The notes under the pieces: model-generated
What the model was told of the DNA's origin: nothing
Databases searched by the model: none
Seen by the model: only the letters and a program-made list of their open reading frames with translations
Program-made: the position numbers and the translations under genes
In this document: piece by piece, positions 1-13,381 of the stretch
Numbering within the stretch: the stretch's first letter is position 1
Layout: each line of letters begins with the position of its first letter
DNA from: Octopus bimaculoides
Taxonomy: Eukaryota
Length of the DNA stretch: 64,000 nt
Assembly (NCBI RefSeq): GCF_001194135.2
Contig: NC_068984.1
Location: forward strand, 66,454,267 to 66,518,266
Direction: 5' to 3'

Positions 1-636
1 TATGGAGCTGACCTGGCAAGCCAACTGAGACCATAACCCGTGGCCTATGCCAGTGGTGTAACCAGCCCACTTATGTGTACCTTTCTTTCTTTGGACACTA
101 AACTCTGCTTGCGAAGACCTGTTGAGGCAAGTGAAATCGAAATCAAATTTGCTGACGTGGCTGATGACAGCACTGCATGACTGGCATCCGTGCTAGTGGA
201 ACACTAAGAGCACCATCTGGGCTTGATCGTTGTCAGGGCCACTGACTGGCTCCCTTGCCAGTGGCATGTAAACAACACCATTCGAGTGTGATCGTTACCA
301 GCATTGCCTTACTGGCACTTGTGCTGGTGGCACGTGAAAGACAACATTCGAGTGAGGTCACTGCCAGTGCCACTGGACTAGCTCCTGTGCAGGTGGCATG
401 TAAAAACACCACTTGAGCATGGCTGTTGCCAGTACCGCTTGACTGGCCCTCATGCCGGTGGCATGTAAAAGCACCCACTACACTCTCGGAGTGGTTGGCG
501 TTAGGAAGGGCATCCAGCTGTAGAAACTCTGCCAGATCAGATTGGAGCCTGGTGCAGCCATCTGGCTTGCCAGTCCTCAGTCAAACCGTCCAACCCATGC
601 CAGCATGGAAAGCGCAGTTAGACGATGATGATGATG
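1..636 (+). mobile_element. RTE-clade LINE 3' UTR (cut by window edge), (GAT)n tail
   Basis: Same sequence as the UTR attached to the RTE reading frame at 30068-31260. Has internal GTGGCA(C/T)GTAAAA subrepeats and ends in GATGATGATGATGA at 621-636. Confidence 0.85.
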
Positions 637-780
637 AGATGTGGCTACATAGCTAAGAAGTTTGCTTCATAGCCACAAGGTTTTGGGTTCAGTCCTATTG
701 TACAACCCCCAAGCTAACCAAAGTACTTTGTGAATGGATTTGATTTAAAGAAACTGAAAGAAGCCCATCACACACACAAA
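637..780 (+). mobile_element. tRNA-derived SINE family A, degenerate 5' part
   Basis: Head resembling GCTGTGTGGTAAGAAG...GGTTCAGTCC, followed by GAAACTGAAAGAAGCCC, as in the fuller copies at 43761 and 45403. Confidence 0.65.
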
Positions 781-1149
781 CACACAAGTGCAGGAGGGCT
801 GTACCAGGTTCCAGTTTGATTTGGATTGGTTTCTATGGCTACATGCTATTCCTAACAGCAACAGCTTTAAAGTGTCTACAAGATACTTTTATTGTGGCAC
901 TGAAAGGAGCACTTTTATCTGGTGCTGGCATGAATCTGTCTTCAATGCTGGCATGGGTTGAAAGGCTTGACAGAATCCAACTCGTTTGAGGACTTCATGA
1001 AGCTTCAATAGAATCTGCTTTGGCATAAATCCTATGATTGAACAACTTTCCTAACACCAACTACTTTATAAAATGTACTGAGTATTTGTTACAGCACCAG
1101 TACAAGACAGGTTGCCAAAGAAATTGCAAACTGGAAAAAGTTTAGGAAT

Positions 1150-1278
1150 GGCATGGTGTGGCTGTGTGGTAGGAGGTTTGCTTCTCAACCACATTTGCCC
1201 AAGATGCCACGCTATGGTACTGAACCTAAAACCATATGGTTTGAAAGCAAACTTCTGACCACACAGCCGTGTCTGTGT
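1150..1278. mobile_element. Two SINE family A heads in opposite orientation
   Basis: + head at 1160-1194; - head at about 1195-1275. Confidence 0.7.
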
Positions 1279-1568
1279 CTACATACATATGGTGGTTGTC
1301 TACTCCCTATGCAGAGTTTGACCACCTCCTGTATCTACATCTTAGAACCATCATTGCCTCTGATGTGGCTTTTTAAACCAGACAATGTTCTGAATAGACA
1401 TCCGCATAGATTGTACATCTGATTTGGACCACCAAGAGCTGCAGATAAATTCTGATTTTTGTGCATTTTAAAATGTCTTTTGAGACCCCTGTTAGATTTA
1501 CAAACCTTCTAGCATACACTGCATTCAAAGGTGAGCACAGCCATATAGGCAGAATAGTTGGTGGAGGT

Positions 1569-1787
1569 TCATTTTCCATGGGTTTGCAAATGAGATTTCA
1601 GCCCAGCAAAAGAAAGGCATGGTCTGTCACAAACTGTGCACACAAAAAGGTCATTGTCATTCACCTTCTCGATCATAACATTCTTCCTTAAATCTCTTTT
1701 GAGTCTTGCATGCATTATCCTGGCCTCTTCAGATGCTTTCACTCTGCTCCACACTTTTGTTCACCATCTAACTCGATCCAAGCCTAC

Positions 1788-1790
<3 letters not shown>
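1569..1790 (-). pseudogene. RTE-type LINE ORF2 C-terminus with C2H2 zinc finger (relic)
   Basis: Translates as DRVRW..WSRVKASEEARIMHARLKRDLRK...FVCTVCDRPCLSFAGLKSHLQTH, the typical RTE ending DRxxW...E..R...KR.RK plus CxxC...SHxxxH. Frameshifted; cut by (TA)n and a gap. Confidence 0.75.
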
Positions 1791-1821
<31 letters not shown>

Positions 1822-2441
1822 NNNNNNNNNNNNNNNNNNNNNNNNNNNNNNNNNNNNNNNNNNNNNNNNNNNNNNNNNNNNNNNNNNNNNNNNNNNNNNN
1901 NNNNNNNNNNNNNNNNNNNNNNNNNNNNNNNNNNNNNNNNNNNNNNNNNNNNNNNNNNNNNNNNNNNNNNNNNNNNNNNNNNNNNNNNNNNNNNNNNNNN
2001 NNNNNNNNNNNNNNNNNNNNNNNNNNNNNNNNNNNNNNNNNNNNNNNNNNNNNNNNNNNNNNNNNNNNNNNNNNNNNNNNNNNNNNNNNNNNNNNNNNNN
2101 NNNNNNNNNNNNNNNNNNNNNNNNNNNNNNNNNNNNNNNNNNNNNNNNNNNNNNNNNNNNNNNNNNNNNNNNNNNNNNNNNNNNNNNNNNNNNNNNNNNN
2201 NNNNNNNNNNNNNNNNNNNNNNNNNNNNNNNNNNNNNNNNNNNNNNNNNNNNNNNNNNNNNNNNNNNNNNNNNNNNNNNNNNNNNNNNNNNNNNNNNNNN
2301 NNNNNNNNNNNNNNNNNNNNNNNNNNNNNNNNNNNNNNNNNNNNNNNNNNNNNNNNNNNNNNNNNNNNNNNNNNNNNNNNNNNNNNNNNNNNNNNNNNNN
2401 NNNNNNNNNNNNNNNNNNNNNNNNNNNNNNNNNNNNNNNNN
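1822..2441. other. Assembly gap flanked by (TA)n; other gaps at 20888-20897, 41898-42132, 42885-42894, 45215-45354, 48779-48788, 53733-53757
   Basis: N runs, each bordered by (TA)n, (CA)n, (TG)n, (GA)n or poly-A. Confidence 0.98.
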
Positions 2442-2475
<34 letters not shown>

Positions 2476-2799
2476 TCATACACATTCATATATACACACA
2501 CCACCTACCCAAATTTGTGGCATTAAGTATATATCAAAAGTACATTATTTTATAGGAACATGAGCTTTCTTTCTGTATTTGATAGAAACAGAAACAAAAT
2601 GCTAAAATTTCTCACCAGACTTCTGTCGTTAGATTGTTAAGGTGATGCTGATAAAATACAAAACTAGTGCAGTTCTTAGCACTGGAGTGCTAACAGAATA
2701 AGAAGTAATATGTGCTCTTATGGCTTGAGATGCTGAGAATATTGAAAGAAATTTCTTGAAGGCATATTTTATCTACTTTCCAAACCTGTGAATATTATA

Positions 2800-3015
2800 T
2801 GTCAATGGAGGTTATGGTGATTGTGGTGGTGGTGGTGGTGGTGATCATGGTTGTGGTTATGGTGGCAGTGATGATGATGATGATGAGTAGGAGGATAAAG
2901 ATGGTGAATGGCAGTGGTGTTTGTGGTGATGATTTTATGATGATGAAGACAATAAAGATGATGTTGATGTTAATGATGGTGATTATACTTGTGGTTTATG
3001 GTAGAGCTGGTGGTG
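2800..3015. repeat. (GGT/GAT)-rich low-complexity tract
   Basis: Mixed GTG/GAT trinucleotide runs; the ORF over it is V/M-rich noise. Confidence 0.9.
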
Positions 3016-3396
3016 ACTAGAGATCATTTCTGGGAGGCAAAAAGAGAAATAAGTAAAAGAACAGAAATTTAAACCATTCTGTATTCTCAGATAATACTAA
3101 ATCTTGGACAATTTGCATAAAATGTAAGCACTGAGATTGCGAAAAATACCATTCAGAAGCAATTTATTGTTACCTAAGGTAAAAATAATCAAAATGCTAT
3201 CAGAGTTTGAGTGCTCGGACAGAATCTAAGTAGGGGATTAGATAATACCGGAGCTGTTTGGAGCAAAGTATGAAATAATGGTCAGCGTGATGATGGCAAT
3301 TTGTAACCTTGTATGTAGTGGAAAGTTGTGCCAAGAGAATTGGCTGCAATCCATTGCTGTTGTTGGCTACATAACAATGGAAAACTAATAACAGAT

Positions 3397-3467
3397 TCAT
3401 TATTATTATTATTATAATTATTATTATTATTATTATTATTATTATCATTATTATTATTATCATTATT
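3397..3467. repeat. (ATT)n microsatellite
   Basis: Direct inspection. Confidence 0.95.
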
Positions 3468-3901
3468 ACAACTCTTTAAAATTCAGATATGTGCACTATT
3501 TTCTATCAGATGAAATTGCTGGTTAACAGGTAACCTCTATTAAACTATCGGATGTGGTGACCAACAGAGAATCTGTTTGCACTATATTTTCTATCTTTTT
3601 TTTTTGTTGTTATCTCGAGTTGCATAATAGATAAATAAACAAATCAACATTTCAGCATGTTTGTGCGTGTGCATATGTGTGTGTTTTTCTTTCTGACAGC
3701 AAATTGGAATAAATATTGTTTACTTTTGTTTGTCGCTTACAATGGAATTTAATTCCTCTGTGTTCTACTGAAGAGAAAAATTATATGTCTACAGTGAGAA
3801 CATTCTTACTTTATGTTTTCAGCTGTAACAATTCATAGTTTCTCTCTCATAACTCACAAGTTTCTGTAAGATTTACACATATTCTTATCTTCCTGTTGCT
3901 T

Positions 3902-3938
<37 letters not shown>

Positions 3939-4989
3939 ACACATGTAGTAACTCAATTAAAATGAAATTGCTACCTAACAGAAACTGTCTTACAATATTC
4001 AGACTTACTGCAGTAGTTCTTCAAGTTCAAATCCCACCAGGATTGACTTGACTCTTTTAATACCAAACCACCTGAGACAGTTCCGGTTGTATGTTACCAA
4101 CTTCCTCTTTTAACGTGAACTAAATTATAACTTTCCATCAAAATGTCATCTCAGTTACATTCCATGCACCAATTTAATAAGAGTTTAAACTTTTATCTTT
4201 CTAGCATTAATAAGATAAATGCTAGTAGTGCTTATGATTTTATCAGTGCTTTCTCTGTTCTGTCAAATATTGGCCTTTGTTTGTCCCATAGGAGATAGAA
4301 ATCACTGTTAATTAAAGATATAACAGTGGGGAATTTTACTGTGAGAATTGATTACTGTATGATTTCTAGGTCAGCGTCTCACTGATCTGAATTCCGTTCT
4401 TGTAGACATCAATGAAATTATTTGATCTAAAAGTATAATTCTGTGAATTGTTTTTCTTTCTTAACCCTAATTGATACCAACCCACCTGGAGCTATTTCTT
4501 GTTCTGTTATTGAAATGTTTCTCTTTTAAAGAGACCTAAATTAAAATTCCCCTACCAAAATTTCATGTTAATTGATGTTCTGATCATCAGATTAATAACA
4601 ACTAAGTTATTTAACCACATCCTTTGCTATTTAAAAAAAAAATGAATTAAAATTAAATGGTTGTATTTTAACAGAAATGTGGTGAGAGAAGAGTTAAAAG
4701 CAATAGGGTTTTTAAATTTTTTGATTAAGTTTGAGGAGGGAGGACAGTGGCCATGAGTTTATTGCATGGCATTCAAGGCTAGTGGGTAATTAGGAAGCAA
4801 AAAATCACAAAACGTATGGGTTGCTGTGCTAGAAAGCTGAGTAACTCAAGATATTAAGTTATTCTCAGATCTGAAACTTAGTCTGAATACATCCAACAGA
4901 ATAAACTCAACTAATGGGCAAGAGTTTTTGCACTTAACCTTGTAATGGATTAAACATACTATCTAAAAACAGACACATTCCATCCAATG

Positions 4990-5335
4990 GCCACCCACAC
5001 AATTTTCATCAACTAATGACATATAGGGCTTGGATTAATTTTGAGGCTATGGTTGAAGACATTGTCCTAAGGTACTGTGCAGTAGGATTGAAATTAGAAA
5101 TGTGCAATTGTAAAACAATCTTCTTAATCACTTGACCATGGCTTATACCATGAATAAAAACTACCATTAATCCAACTGACATAAGCACTTTCCTTATCTT
5201 CTCATATATGAAGAGGAATATGCTTTCACACATAAACAGAAATGGAGGACCAATCATCATGTGTCAAGTCAATATTGAATCAGCAATGCAAAATAGGCAG
5301 TGCCAAAATGGCTGCACCAAAATGCCTCATACCCA
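4990..5335 (+). mobile_element. Possible degenerate Mutator-like DNA transposon end
   Basis: Terminal run CAAAATAGGCAGTGCCAAAATGGCTGCACCAAAATGCCTCATACCC with CAAAAT subrepeats. The broken + frame (SIQW...STNDI*GL...YLLIYEEE) loosely recalls MULE RTNNxxEGWH...E. Confidence 0.25.
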
Positions 5336-5511
5336 TGTTGACCATGCATTTGCACATATATGCTCAGGTCTGAGCTAGGTGGGTTTTTTTTTTCAGGGAG
5401 GACCTGCAGTTTGTCCATGCATGCAAGTTTTGCCTCACCATACCACTTACATTTATTCAACCCAAAATGAGAATTATTAAGAACAACAGTACGATGATAC
5501 ACTATATTGGT

Positions 5512-5710
5512 TTCCAATTTTGACTCAAGGCCAGCAATATTGGGGAAGGTGCTATTTGACTACACCAACCCCAGTGCTCAATGGGTACTTATTTATAAAA
5601 GGATGAAAGGAAAAGTCAACCTCAGCAGAATTGAACTCAGAACATAAAGGTGGATGAAATGCTGCTAAGCATTTTGCCCAGCATGCTAACAATTCTGCCA
5701 GCTCACTGCC
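5512..5710 (-). mobile_element. tRNA-derived SINE family B
   Basis: Reverse complement carries GCAGAA..GTTAGCA, GAGTTCAA(A)TTC, CCTTTCATCC and AAGTACC motifs shared with more than 15 copies in the window. Confidence 0.8.
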
Positions 5711-8639
5711 CTATGGGGATACACCATATTACCAAACTATACAGCTCATATTAGCAAAGAACAGTATATATTTCAAGGGTCTATTCTGACCTATAGTAGG
5801 AACACCTGTCAGCCATTCCAGCTATGGGTTAATTAGCATATTAGGACGTGCCTACTCATGCATGTGAAGACTGAATCTAGTGGAATCTGCCAAAGAAACC
5901 TTCATGATTTAGTGGAGGAGAAGGTGACAGTACCAACACATTGTGGAGTGCAGAGAATGAGATGTGGCAAATAAGGCATCTTGGTTATCCACTGTATCCA
6001 TCTCCACCCTAGTTGTCTTGATCTGGTCTTGCTATTCTATTGAAAATGGTCACAGATTAGGGTGAGATTGATGGAGTGTAACTTTTTCACATTAAACAAT
6101 GTCACTGCACAAGCCATCAGCCATCCTTAAGGATGCCAAGATGGTCCTCATTGCTCCAACAGTTGAACATAATGTTAAAATTTAGTGCCAGAGAGGGAGA
6201 CACAGCATAATTTCTTAAACATATACAAACAGAAACAAATATCCATCAAATTTCACTGTATCATCTTTCAAAATGGAAAAGTGCATTGGATAATTGCAGA
6301 TTTAGACACTTTATCTGTGTTGATTTTGGAATAAAGAATAATAATGTCATTAGTGAATATGGTACATGATAAAAGCTCATAATCCAGAAATTCTGCATAG
6401 AGATGTAATTATTTTTTTTATGTAAGGCATATTAGTTCTTTTGACTTATATCATTTAAATAGAAGTACAATTTACATTTTGAAACTGAGAAACAATAGCT
6501 GTTACAACAAGAGTTTTAACAGCTATTAATTGGGTTTTCATATGAATAGTAAATAACAAATTCAGAAAATTAACAATTGTACTAAAAGTGGTGAAGTAGA
6601 GAAGAGACAGTACATTGACAACCGATTGGTCGTAATACATTGCTAAGTGAAGACTTTTCTATCAGGTGGATGGCATTTTGTGGGCAGATATAAAATGTGA
6701 TGTATGTTTTCTCATAAATAGTTTCTTCTTGATATTTTTTTGAAAAAATAAATGAATTATTTTAAATCACTTTTGTTCACGCTGATAGCCCCAAGTAATT
6801 ATAACCTCCTAAGTTAACTCCCTTTGGGATTATTATATGCAGAAACGGTTTTCTAGTTTGAATTAATAACACACATTCTGTCTGAGTGAAGATTAGTTTT
6901 GAATAATTTTTATATCGTTTTATTAAAGCTACAAAATCAAATTCATAAATAGATGTGATAATTTAGTTATCAGTCTTTCATTACTGTGTAATTATGATGA
7001 TATTTTCATTATAACTTTTTTATTATTTTTCAGTTATCACGCCCAAACATTTCTAACCCATTACTTTTATCAAAACATTAACAATTTTAGTGTTGATGTT
7101 ATCTATTTTAGTGAAGATAATTTTGTGGATATTATTTTTCTCTTCTTCTATGCTTAATTGCTTTTGGAAATAAAACATTACTATTTAATAAAAAAAAAAA
7201 ATCAAGCTAAATAATCAGTTCAGTTATGAGAAATTTATGGTCAATGAGTTCAAATTATAATTGAGCCAGAGTGACACAGGAATACCATATCTCATTTTAT
7301 GGTGTTTAAAGAAAGCAAAGCATTGAAACTACTAAATCTATTAACCTGAAGTAAGATGAATGAAGGCTTATGGTCTTATATTTACCATCAAAGTTTGAAA
7401 GTGATTATCTCTATTTGATTCTACTAAAATAAATAGTTCCATATTATATAATGGCTAAAATAGTCTCCAGTAGTAAGCAATGATAGTGTACTCTTTGGTT
7501 AGGTATTAGAGCAATGGCTGTATTCATAATCCAAGGGATGGAGAAAGCTTCCTGAATATCAACTAGTCAGTTGAGATGTCATAGTTAATTTATAATTTAC
7601 TAACATTCTGTAACTTGATAAATCTGAGGTGGTTGTGCTTATATACAAGAAATCAATATTCTATGTAGCTAACATCTTATCTACAGTCATTTAAGAGTAA
7701 GAATTGGTCATGTGTTTCAAAGAACAGCTGTTAATATCTGTATTTTTGAAATGAGTTATTATTGTAACAACTTAAATTCTTTGAGATATAAACCATATCT
7801 TTTGTGTATTTGTCTGTTAAATTGTTTCAGCTGGTTCATTCTGTAATCTTCACTTATCCCATGTTTATATATTTACATTCATGTACATAAAGCTAAGTGC
7901 TTTAGAACATTGAATCCCTTTAATTAGAAACAAAAGTCATAATTTAAACCATTGCTGTGATTTCAAACACAGGTGTATATATAACATTGTGATTGTTGGG
8001 AATATAGTATTTACTTGTATGAAAAACATACTGGTATTAATAATACATAGCACCACATGGTATACATCATAATTCATTTGAGTGTAACTAAACATGCTTA
8101 GGCTTGCATGTGACTCAACTGATCTGAATGGGAAGCAATTTTAAGAAGAGTCAAACTTGCAAATAGCTTAGTTTCTAAAGATATCTGCCGTTAACTTTGG
8201 TTTAGTCAAAACGAATTTTGCTGCATGACTAAATAAGATGACACTCTAAGATAAGTTGTAAAACTTGGTAAATTAATTTTTTTACCAAAATCAAGCATTT
8301 AATCAAACCTCCCAAAGAAGTCCAGGCAATGAACAACTGATGAGCTTGTGAATTCAGATGTTGCTGTTTCTATTCCAGTATACCTTTGGACAAAGAATAT
8401 AACTCTTCTTTCTCTAGTTCATAAATTCTATTTCTATTTCAAGGTTAAAGGGCTTTAGAAGCAATAGAACTCATGAGCTTTTGGTGTCTTTCAGAGATTT
8501 TTGAATTTGATGCTGACAATTTCTTGTTTGAACATTTATAGGGGAAAATGCTCGCAATATAGTATGAACTTTGCAAAGAAAAAGAGAAGGTGCCCAATGA
8601 CCAGATGACTACCACAAGGTCCAGTCTTTATGGTATGGT

Positions 8640-9085
8640 GGTTTGAGTGTTCCAATAACTCTGAGAGCTACACCAGTAGAGCACCAACACCTGGTAGGAC
8701 CTCGGGCTGGTCATGCCAAAGGATAGAGGCCAAAGTAGTATAGACCAGCTCTTCTTGCAGGGGAAAATTGATTCATGTAGAGTAAACACTCCTACCAACA
8801 ATGTAAAGCAAAGTTGCAGAAATATCTATCACAATTGTAAACTAAAGATATCTGGGAGAGGAAGGCCTTCACTCAGAGTAACATATGACATTTCAAGCCC
8901 TGATCTGGATGCCACAAAAGAGGACACTTTGAAGATAGCCTTAAAATAGCTGGAGACGAGATACTGAGCGAGAACCAAAAAAATGCAGGGATCCAATTTG
9001 AGAAAAGTAAAAAAGACAGCCCAATGTTGAGAACAGTGGAAGATGTCATCAATGGCTTATGTTTGGCAGGGAGTGAAGGGTTTAA
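8640..9085 (+). mobile_element. Old RTE LINE 3' fragment
   Basis: Broken frames give LIWMPQ-KR and VINGLCLAGSEGF, matching the RTE ending WxPxGKR...DRxxWRxxVxGLCxxG. Confidence 0.5.
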
Positions 9086-11579
9086 TAAATAAGAATCCGG
9101 TGGAGGCTTTAAACATAATAGTGTGTTAGTCTCAGGTGCAGTTAAATTATCATCTAGTTGTAAACAAAATATATTTGTTCAAATAATATGCCAATATTTG
9201 AATTTGCAAATACTGCTTGACTAAATCAGTGGGCAGAAAAATTAAGATGTAAATGTTTTATGTTTTTAACTAGTTCAAGCATATAAATTAAATATGCCAA
9301 AATACATCTGCAAGGTGGTTTTTCCTTATACAGTAAATGAAAAATGTGTATAAAAAAGGGGTTTTATTATGAATGCATAAAATTAGAAATATGTAGTAAA
9401 TATTTTATTTATTCACCTTTTTTTTCCTATTAATAATTATAATAATAATGGTAATAGTCAATAATGAAAAATTATTGGAAATGCCTTCTTTACCAACAAT
9501 CTCTTTTGTATATATCTCCCTGCTTTTTCTTTTCCTTCTTTTTTTTTGTTTTTGGTTTTAGCATTGTGATGGTGGTGGTGGTTTTGTAATAATACAACCA
9601 TTAATATCATAACAAACAAAAACAAGAGAAAACTTATCATTTATGATTTGTATTGATTGTTGTTATTCATTTGAATCATGTAGGAAGATTACTGTTAGGC
9701 TTTAAGAAAACATAAAGAGATTTTGATGAAAGAACTCCCATCACATCTCTTACCCTCTCTCTCTCCATCCCTCTCTTCCTCCCTCCCTCTCTCCCTTTCT
9801 ATTTTTCTCATCTTCTGTCTCCCTCTAGAAAATTGAACTAACTTTCATATGGACACACAGACTTTCTACAAGTGGTCTACCATTGGGACAGATATTTCTA
9901 ACAGAATTGGTTAACATGAATGAATGAAGAAACAATACTCCTTTTGTCCCATTAAATTCTCTTGAATACTTTGCTTTGGTAAATATATAGAAAGAAATTT
10001 GGTGCCAAGATTCTCATTGTTTAGGTGCTTCTATAGCTAGACCAACATTAATTCTTTCTAAACAGATACTATCATATTTCATAAGATATTGTTTCCTCTG
10101 TCACCAAAACCATTGACTAAGGATTCAATAGCTTTTCCTTTCACTGCTGTGTATATATTCATGTATATAACTTGTGTGTGTATATGCTTGTACACATATA
10201 TTACACACACACACACATTCACACATACACACATATATGATGTATGTATCTGTACATGTGTGTAAAGATATATAAGTATATGATTATGTTAGTGTTTATT
10301 GGTACAGATAGAAATCTTGAAATATTTGTCTGTTCCTAGGGCATAAAACTATTAATAATGGTGATGTTTCAGATTTCTCAACAAAGCTTTGACCAAGACA
10401 CAAGCAATTCTCATTTTCATGATAAAAATGACAGGATAGCTTATCTTTTAGTTCTTTAAAGTCAACCTCTTCCATTAATTCGATACTGTCAAGTGATTTT
10501 TATTTTATTCTCTACTCTATGTGGTAGAATCTCTTCTATTTCAGGGTGACATCTGTTTATACTAATGGAAGATTTTTTTTGTCTTCTTTCGATTTATTTT
10601 GAAGCCTTTCCTAGACATTTATTTCACTTTTGTTACACGCACATTTAGCCTTCAAATAACAAATTAGATGTCTTGTAAATTGACTAGGTTTATCTTTAGC
10701 TGTAATCTTTAGACAGTCACACTCCTTTGCAAATGCTACAGCATTTAATTCTCACTGACAATTTCTTTCATGGAGGTCACTCATTAATCATGACTGTTAT
10801 TGAGGCTGCATTACAAATCTAGGTTTCATCTGGTTCACTCCAGACACCTGCTAACCCTTTATCAAGCCCATATTTATCTTCAGATGGTTTACTTTATCAT
10901 ATATTACATAAAATACAGACACACACATGCACATACACACACACACACATGCACTCAAATGGGCATGCACATGTACATACATTTTAAATCATGTCCAAAG
11001 TAAACCAACTGAGTGGATAACAACAGTTTCAGTGTTTCCAAAGACCCAAGTGTATTTTAAGAGCTGCTTCTTAGGTCTGATTTGATGGTACTAAATGAAA
11101 GATATATAAATTAGATACCCAAGATGCATTTGAAGCCTATGCCATAATTAATGCTTTGTAACTCTTTAAAGTACAAAATAGTTTAGAAATAATGAGCCAG
11201 CGTGAACTTTAATAAACATATGATAAATGTATTTCAGAGAATTAAATGATCACATATTCACTGGAATTAATTGAAATCCTCACAAGAGACTTTCAAAAGA
11301 GTCTTGTTTTACTGAGAGTTATATTTTCTATGCAACTACTTGTGTGGGAAAGAAACAAACAGAGACAACAAAAGGAAGGTGTATCTCTCTTTCATCTTGT
11401 AAGAGATGAAGCAAATTCTCTAATACCACTTTCGAAACAACTGGAGATAACATGTGGTAGAGAGGACACTTTTTGTTTTGCCAAGGACAAAGCAACCCCT
11501 CTAGTGCAGGTACCATAATGAAATACATCAACTACACACTGTTAAGTAGTTGATGATTGGACTAGCATCCAACAACAGA

Positions 11580-12050
11580 CACTATTCCAAAAACTGTAAC
11601 ATATGAGCTCGATCTGATCCTCAACTTGTCTTGGAAGGTAGTAGCTCCTAATAACAACTGGGTCTAAATGAGAGTCTGTCCTACCCATACTGACATGAAA
11701 AGCTAGATATAAAATTGATAATGATGATGAATGGGAGCCCAATGGAAAATGAAATGAATCATGCTCAGTATCACATTGTGGGATAAGAAAATTAATGCCT
11801 AGATTTGCCTGGATTTGACAGCACACAAAAGTCGATGACATCATAAGAACCACCAAGGAGAAGAAATATAGATAGAATGGCCACATTGTGCGACTGAAAG
11901 ACAAAAGATGTTGTCAGGGTGATGGAATGGACTCCAAGACAATAGACAAGATGATCTCACCTCTTACCTGGGACCTACATTGTCACAACTGGTCAGAGAC
12001 AGATAGTGGTGGAGGGTGTTGTTCCTCCTTCAGGAGCGACGAAGCCCTGG
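11580..12050 (+). mobile_element. Old RTE LINE fragment (post-RT region)
   Basis: Translates as TKVDDIIRTTKEKKYR*NGHIVRLKDKR..VMEWTPR, matching RTE TKVxDI...KWxWAGHIxR...VLEWxPR. Confidence 0.7.
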
Positions 12051-12837
12051 ACATTGGATACTTGAAAAACAGGTAAGGGTTGGCAACAGGATGAGCATCC
12101 AGCCATAAAATACTCTTGCAACTAAAACCCTGTTGAGCACATGCTAGTATGGAAAAATAGATGTTAAATGAACAAATGAATTTTGGTTTTCTACTCGTAA
12201 TTTGCAATTAAGATTATACTCTGTATGATATTTAAGTTTGGTTCTTCACTATTTTGTGTTTAATTCTTCCCAGAGTTCACTCACATTTCTTCTTTTGTCT
12301 TTCTTTCCTTGGTCGATAAATGTTGCTGGTGACTCAATCAGCTATACTTCATCAAAAGAAACCATTATGTATGTAATTAAATTTAATGACAAAATTTTAG
12401 TTCTCTACTAATTAGAGTTCAATTTTAACTTGTTGAAATGCAGTAGTAAAAAAAAAAGAAAAAAAGAGCTGAATGCTAACTCGAAATAAGAAAGCTATTT
12501 CTTCATCATCTGAAATTAATTTTGATTAATAAATAATGTTTATACATTTCTCTGCTCAATAAATCATTAGTCATGAATATTGAATAGCTAACAATAAAAG
12601 TCCTAAAATATAGACTGCAAACTTATGTTGTCTGTTTTCCCTTTATAATTTAAGTTATTCTTTGAGGCAGAATATAACCTAAGTGCTATTTAAGAAATAC
12701 TGTAATTCAATGATTTATATAAGCTTTGCAGTCAAAGACAGAAAGATTAAGTGGATGGGGAATTGAACTGTTTACACTTGGCTGGTGAGTTGTTTAATCT
12801 GATGTGCAAAGTGATTGGTGACAGGAAACAAATCATC

Positions 12838-13215
12838 ATCATCATCATCATCATCGTCGTGGTCGTCATCATCGTCGTCGTCGTCATCATCATCATCAAT
12901 ATTTTAACGTCTGCTTTTCCATACTTGCATAGGTGGGACAGAATTTACTGAGGCAAATTTTCTATAGCTGGATGTCTTGCCTGGTGCCAACCATCACCTG
13001 ATTCCAAGCAAGGTAATTTTTCCCCCATTGCCAGACATTTTCTCAGAATATTAGAAATAAATGACACTGCTTTATGACAGTGACAAACATTTTAGAACTG
13101 TCATGTGATGTCAAGACAAGGAAACAGAGCCACACACACATACACACATTTCCACACATGTATTTGGGAAGCAAACTTCTTACCGTGCAGCCATACCTGT
13201 GCCTATCCCCACCTG
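12838..13215 (-). mobile_element. SINE with family A head and family C body ending in an RTE-like (GAT)n tail
   Basis: Partial head at 13175-13215; body GTCTTGACATC...ATTACCTTGCTTGGAA...GGACGTTAAA-like; (GAT/GAC)n tail. Confidence 0.7.
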
Positions 13216-13381
13216 CACCTGTTAACATCATAATTAATAACCAAGTATTGTAGATTTAATTGATGCTTATTTTATTACTCCAAAACAAATTTGACTCAGA
13301 ACACAAAGAGACACTGTTAAATATTACAAAGCCTTTATATTTAATATTAGAATATAAAGGGATGTAACTAAATACCACAGA

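Noticed and set aside
1569-1754. C2H2 zinc-finger ORF as a host ZNF gene exon
   Set aside because: It is a single finger preceded by the RTE C-terminal DRxxW...KR.RK pattern and is frameshifted, so it is better explained as a LINE relic.
1636-2555. Long 230-296 aa ORFs
   Set aside because: They run through an N gap and (TA)n. The same applies to the ORFs at 41851-42213, 42796-43043, 45163-45436 and 48670-49048.
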